Source of the DNA: Candidatus Bathyarchaeota archaeon
GTDB lineage: Archaea > Thermoproteota > Bathyarchaeia > Bathyarchaeales > Bathycorpusculaceae
Direction of reading: 5' to 3'
Assembly (NCBI GenBank): GCA_963733095.1
Contig: CAVTBV010000014.1
Location: 1 to 64,000 of the forward strand
Length of the DNA: 64,000 bases
In this document: piece by piece, positions 61,675 to 64,000 of the stretch
How the letters are laid out: every line of letters starts with the position of its first letter
Position numbering within the stretch: position 1 is the stretch's first letter
The notes under the pieces: model-generated
Database searches by the model: none
The model's input: the letters and a program-made list of their open reading frames with translations, nothing else
What the model was told of the DNA's origin: nothing
Made by a program: the position numbers and the translations under genes

Positions 61675-62583
61675 GGGCAGTTCAAGCTCCATAAAGTCCT
61701 CGGCAAGGACCGTGTTGGGGAATTTTTTTTTTGCTTGATCCAGAAGCAGCCCTGCGTTTGGGTAACGCGCACTTATGTGGGACAAAACCAGCTGTTTTGC
61801 CTCAGCCGCCTTCGCTTGCCCAGCCGCTTGGCTAGGCGTCGAATGACCATCCACCGCGGCTTTTTCAGCTAATGAATCGTCAAAAGTGCAGTCATGAATA
61901 ACCAAATCAGCGCCCTCCGCGAATTTTGCGAAGGTTTCGAAGGGTTTGGTGTCGCCTGTGTAAACGATTTTGCGTCCAGCCCGCATTGGGCCCATCACAT
62001 CGCTTGGCTTAACCACTTTGCCATCTGCTAACGTGATTTCTTCGCCTCTCTGCAGCTTCGACCACAACTCCCCCGCCGCCACGCCAAGCTCCACCGCTTG
62101 TTTGGGGTAGAACTTGCCTGGACGTGGCTTCTCCACAAACGCAAAAGCATAGCTCTCTACGGCATGGTTTGATTTGGTTGCTATAACGCTGTATTCTTCT
62201 TCGTCGCAGATGACGCCTTCGAATAGGATTTGGTTGATTTCAACTGGGTAGTTTAAACCAAAATTGAGGGTTTCTTTGGTGCAGACCAAAAATTCCTTCA
62301 GCCCAACTGGACCATAAATCTGCACGGGCTCCTTGCGGTCCATCAACGCCATTGTCTGCAGAAGCCCGGGTAATCCAAGCACATGGTCACCATGCAGGTG
62401 AGTGATGAAAATCTTCATTTTACGGTGAAAACTGACCTTTGCGCCCATCATTTGCCGCTGTACGTTTTCGCCGCAGTCAAACATCCACTGGTCTCGAGGG
62501 CCTTGGACCACAACCGATGGCAAGCTCCGTTTTAAAGTTGGTACACTACCGCTTGTTCCCAAGAACACTACGCGAAGACTCAT
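61663..62583 (-). CDS. rnz: ribonuclease Z
   Basis: FLGTSGSVP, DCGE, THLHGDH, YTGDT, GHST, LSHISARY. Confidence 0.96.
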   Translation of the reverse strand: MSLRVVFLGTSGSVPTLKRSLPSVVVQGPRDQWMFDCGENVQRQMMGAKVSFHRKMKIFITHLHGDHVLGLPGLLQTMALMDRKEPVQIYGPVGLKEFLVCTKETLNFGLNYPVEINQILFEGVICDEEEYSVIATKSNHAVESYAFAFVEKPRPGKFYPKQAVELGVAAGELWSKLQRGEEITLADGKVVKPSDVMGPMRAGRKIVYTGDTKPFETFAKFAEGADLVIHDCTFDDSLAEKAAVDGHSTPSQAAGQAKAAEAKQLVLSHISARYPNAGLLLDQAKKKFPNTVLAEDFMELELPLSE

Positions 62584-63626
62584 GGGCTCACCTTTTCGAA
62601 TACTGCAATTTCCCGAGTTAAGGACTGGTGGATATAGGCGAAGTGGGATTCCACATGCCGATAACCCAACTTGGTTCCAAGTCGGGAGATGTTTAATGTT
62701 TTAGGTGAAGCTATACAAATCCGTTGCCCCACCCCAAGGAGCTCAAACGATGAAGCTAAAACCCCCTCAACTAACCGCTTAGTTGTTGATTTCAACGTGC
62801 TTGAAGAGCGACCATACGGTGGGTCAGTAACCACACAATCGACCTTGAAGAAAGGGGGTTTCTGCGAATCTGCCAGCACTAATCCTTCTGCATCAATGTT
62901 GAAGAAGCGCAGGTTTTTCTGTGTGCCCAAAATCATTCGCCTTTGCGCATCTACTCCGACTGCTCGGCAACCAATGAATGTGGCTTCGATGAGGGAGGTG
63001 CCTGTTCCACAGAAAGGGTCAAGCAACAGAGACTCAGCCTTTGCGTGAGCTAAATTTACCATGCAGCGCGCCATCTTCGACGGCATCGCAGAGGGGTGGA
63101 AGAAGGGTTTTTTGCGGGGACGCCGCTCAGAGAAGGTTTTGCTGGTTATATCGGTTAGTTTCAAACCTAAGATAATTTTTTCGTCCGTTATTATGCCTAT
63201 GAAGGTTTTATCTGGGTTTTTCAAGCTGACTTTACTTCCATCAGTGCCGTTCAAGATTTGCTTGCCCAACGTGCTCTCCAGAGTCATCGTGTTTAGCGCT
63301 TGGTTAGCATAGTTTTTTATACGGTTTATACGCACAACAAAGCTTTCGCCTGCTTTAAGGACGGCTTTGAAGTCTGTTTCTGACGCCGCTTTCGCGATGT
63401 CAGAAGAGTTTGCGTTTGCCACGAATAACTCTTGGGCGCAAAAACGAGTATACGCCGAGCGCACTTGGACAGCCTTAACGCAGTCCAACTCGGATTCTAA
63501 CCTCAGGATTTGGTCAAACTCTGAAGCATTAGAGTAGCTATAGCCTTCGGCTTCCAAAATCGCTTTAACTTCGGCGGCTGGCAGCGACTGGTTCTCGCCA
63601 GAAAGCAAAAAGAAGAGTTTGATCAC
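62580..63626 (-). CDS. trm11: tRNA m2G10 methyltransferase (THUMP + MTase)
   Basis: RRPRKKPFFHP, LDPFCGTG, VTDPPYG. Confidence 0.9.
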   Translation of the reverse strand: MIKLFFLLSGENQSLPAAEVKAILEAEGYSYSNASEFDQILRLESELDCVKAVQVRSAYTRFCAQELFVANANSSDIAKAASETDFKAVLKAGESFVVRINRIKNYANQALNTMTLESTLGKQILNGTDGSKVSLKNPDKTFIGIITDEKIILGLKLTDITSKTFSERRPRKKPFFHPSAMPSKMARCMVNLAHAKAESLLLDPFCGTGTSLIEATFIGCRAVGVDAQRRMILGTQKNLRFFNIDAEGLVLADSQKPPFFKVDCVVTDPPYGRSSSTLKSTTKRLVEGVLASSFELLGVGQRICIASPKTLNISRLGTKLGYRHVESHFAYIHQSLTREIAVFEKVSP

Positions 63627-64000
63627 TAATTCGCGCCTTTCAATTCTTGACTAATCAATGGTGCCAACGAAACCTTACTGACGTTTCCCGGAACACTGTC
63701 GGTACCCACTATTTCCTCAACGCCTGCATCCAAAATGCGCTTCTCCGCATCGCCAATCAGCAAGCCATGCACGCAGCCACAGAAAACATGTTTAGCTCCT
63801 TGTTCTATGAGGATTTTTGCTGCTCCAACGATGGTGCCGCCTGTGCTGATGATGTCGTCGAGGATTATGACGGTTTGGTCTTTCACGTTTAAGCCCTCGG
63901 CGGTTTGAACCGTTTGTCCTGTGTAGCGGTCGCGAGTTTTATTGAGATGCCCCACGTCACCTCCTAAAACCGCCTGCGCTTGTTTTGCTATGTACATTGC
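63626..64000 (-). CDS. prs: ribose-phosphate pyrophosphokinase, 3' part
   Basis: KTRDRYTG, ILDDIISTGGT, CVHG, GTDSV. Confidence 0.92.
   Translation of the reverse strand, partial: AMYIAKQAQAVLGGDVGHLNKTRDRYTGQTVQTAEGLNVKDQTVIILDDIISTGGTIVGAAKILIEQGAKHVFCGCVHGLLIGDAEKRILDAGVEEIVGTDSVPGNVSKVSLAPLISQELKGAN

Noticed and set aside
1-64000. CRISPR array or cas genes
   Set aside because: No regularly spaced repeat-spacer series or cas motifs. The 22-bp repeats at 16341 have no spacers.

Overview
Archaeal window, most likely Bathyarchaeia (inferred from TBP, Spt5, SecE, a Cren7-like protein, intron-containing tRNAs and Zn-ribbon tyrosine integrases). The left ~33 kb is accessory. It holds (i) small single genes separated by a recurrent dif-like 28-bp motif; (ii) a relic islet at tRNA-Arg(CCT); and (iii) a hotspot at tRNA-Leu(TAA) with four tandem att+integrase modules (one catalytically intact, three decayed). 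The hotspot carries a broken primase-polymerase/PriL/helicase replicon and many secreted or membrane-anchored surface proteins. A tandem-YegP/MscL fusion gene occurs twice, each copy in a tRNA-anchored islet. The 33-42 kb segment has KamA, an RCK channel, a GNAT and an orphan pair of contractile-injection-system tube genes. The right ~22 kb is mostly housekeeping (argF, dtdA, secE-spt5-rpl11-rpl1-rplP0, ard1, larA, pyrE, tbp, lhr, rnz, trm11, prs) with two pseudogenes. Three structured ncRNA candidates were seen. No CRISPR array or rRNA was found. All calls come from motif reading without database searches.
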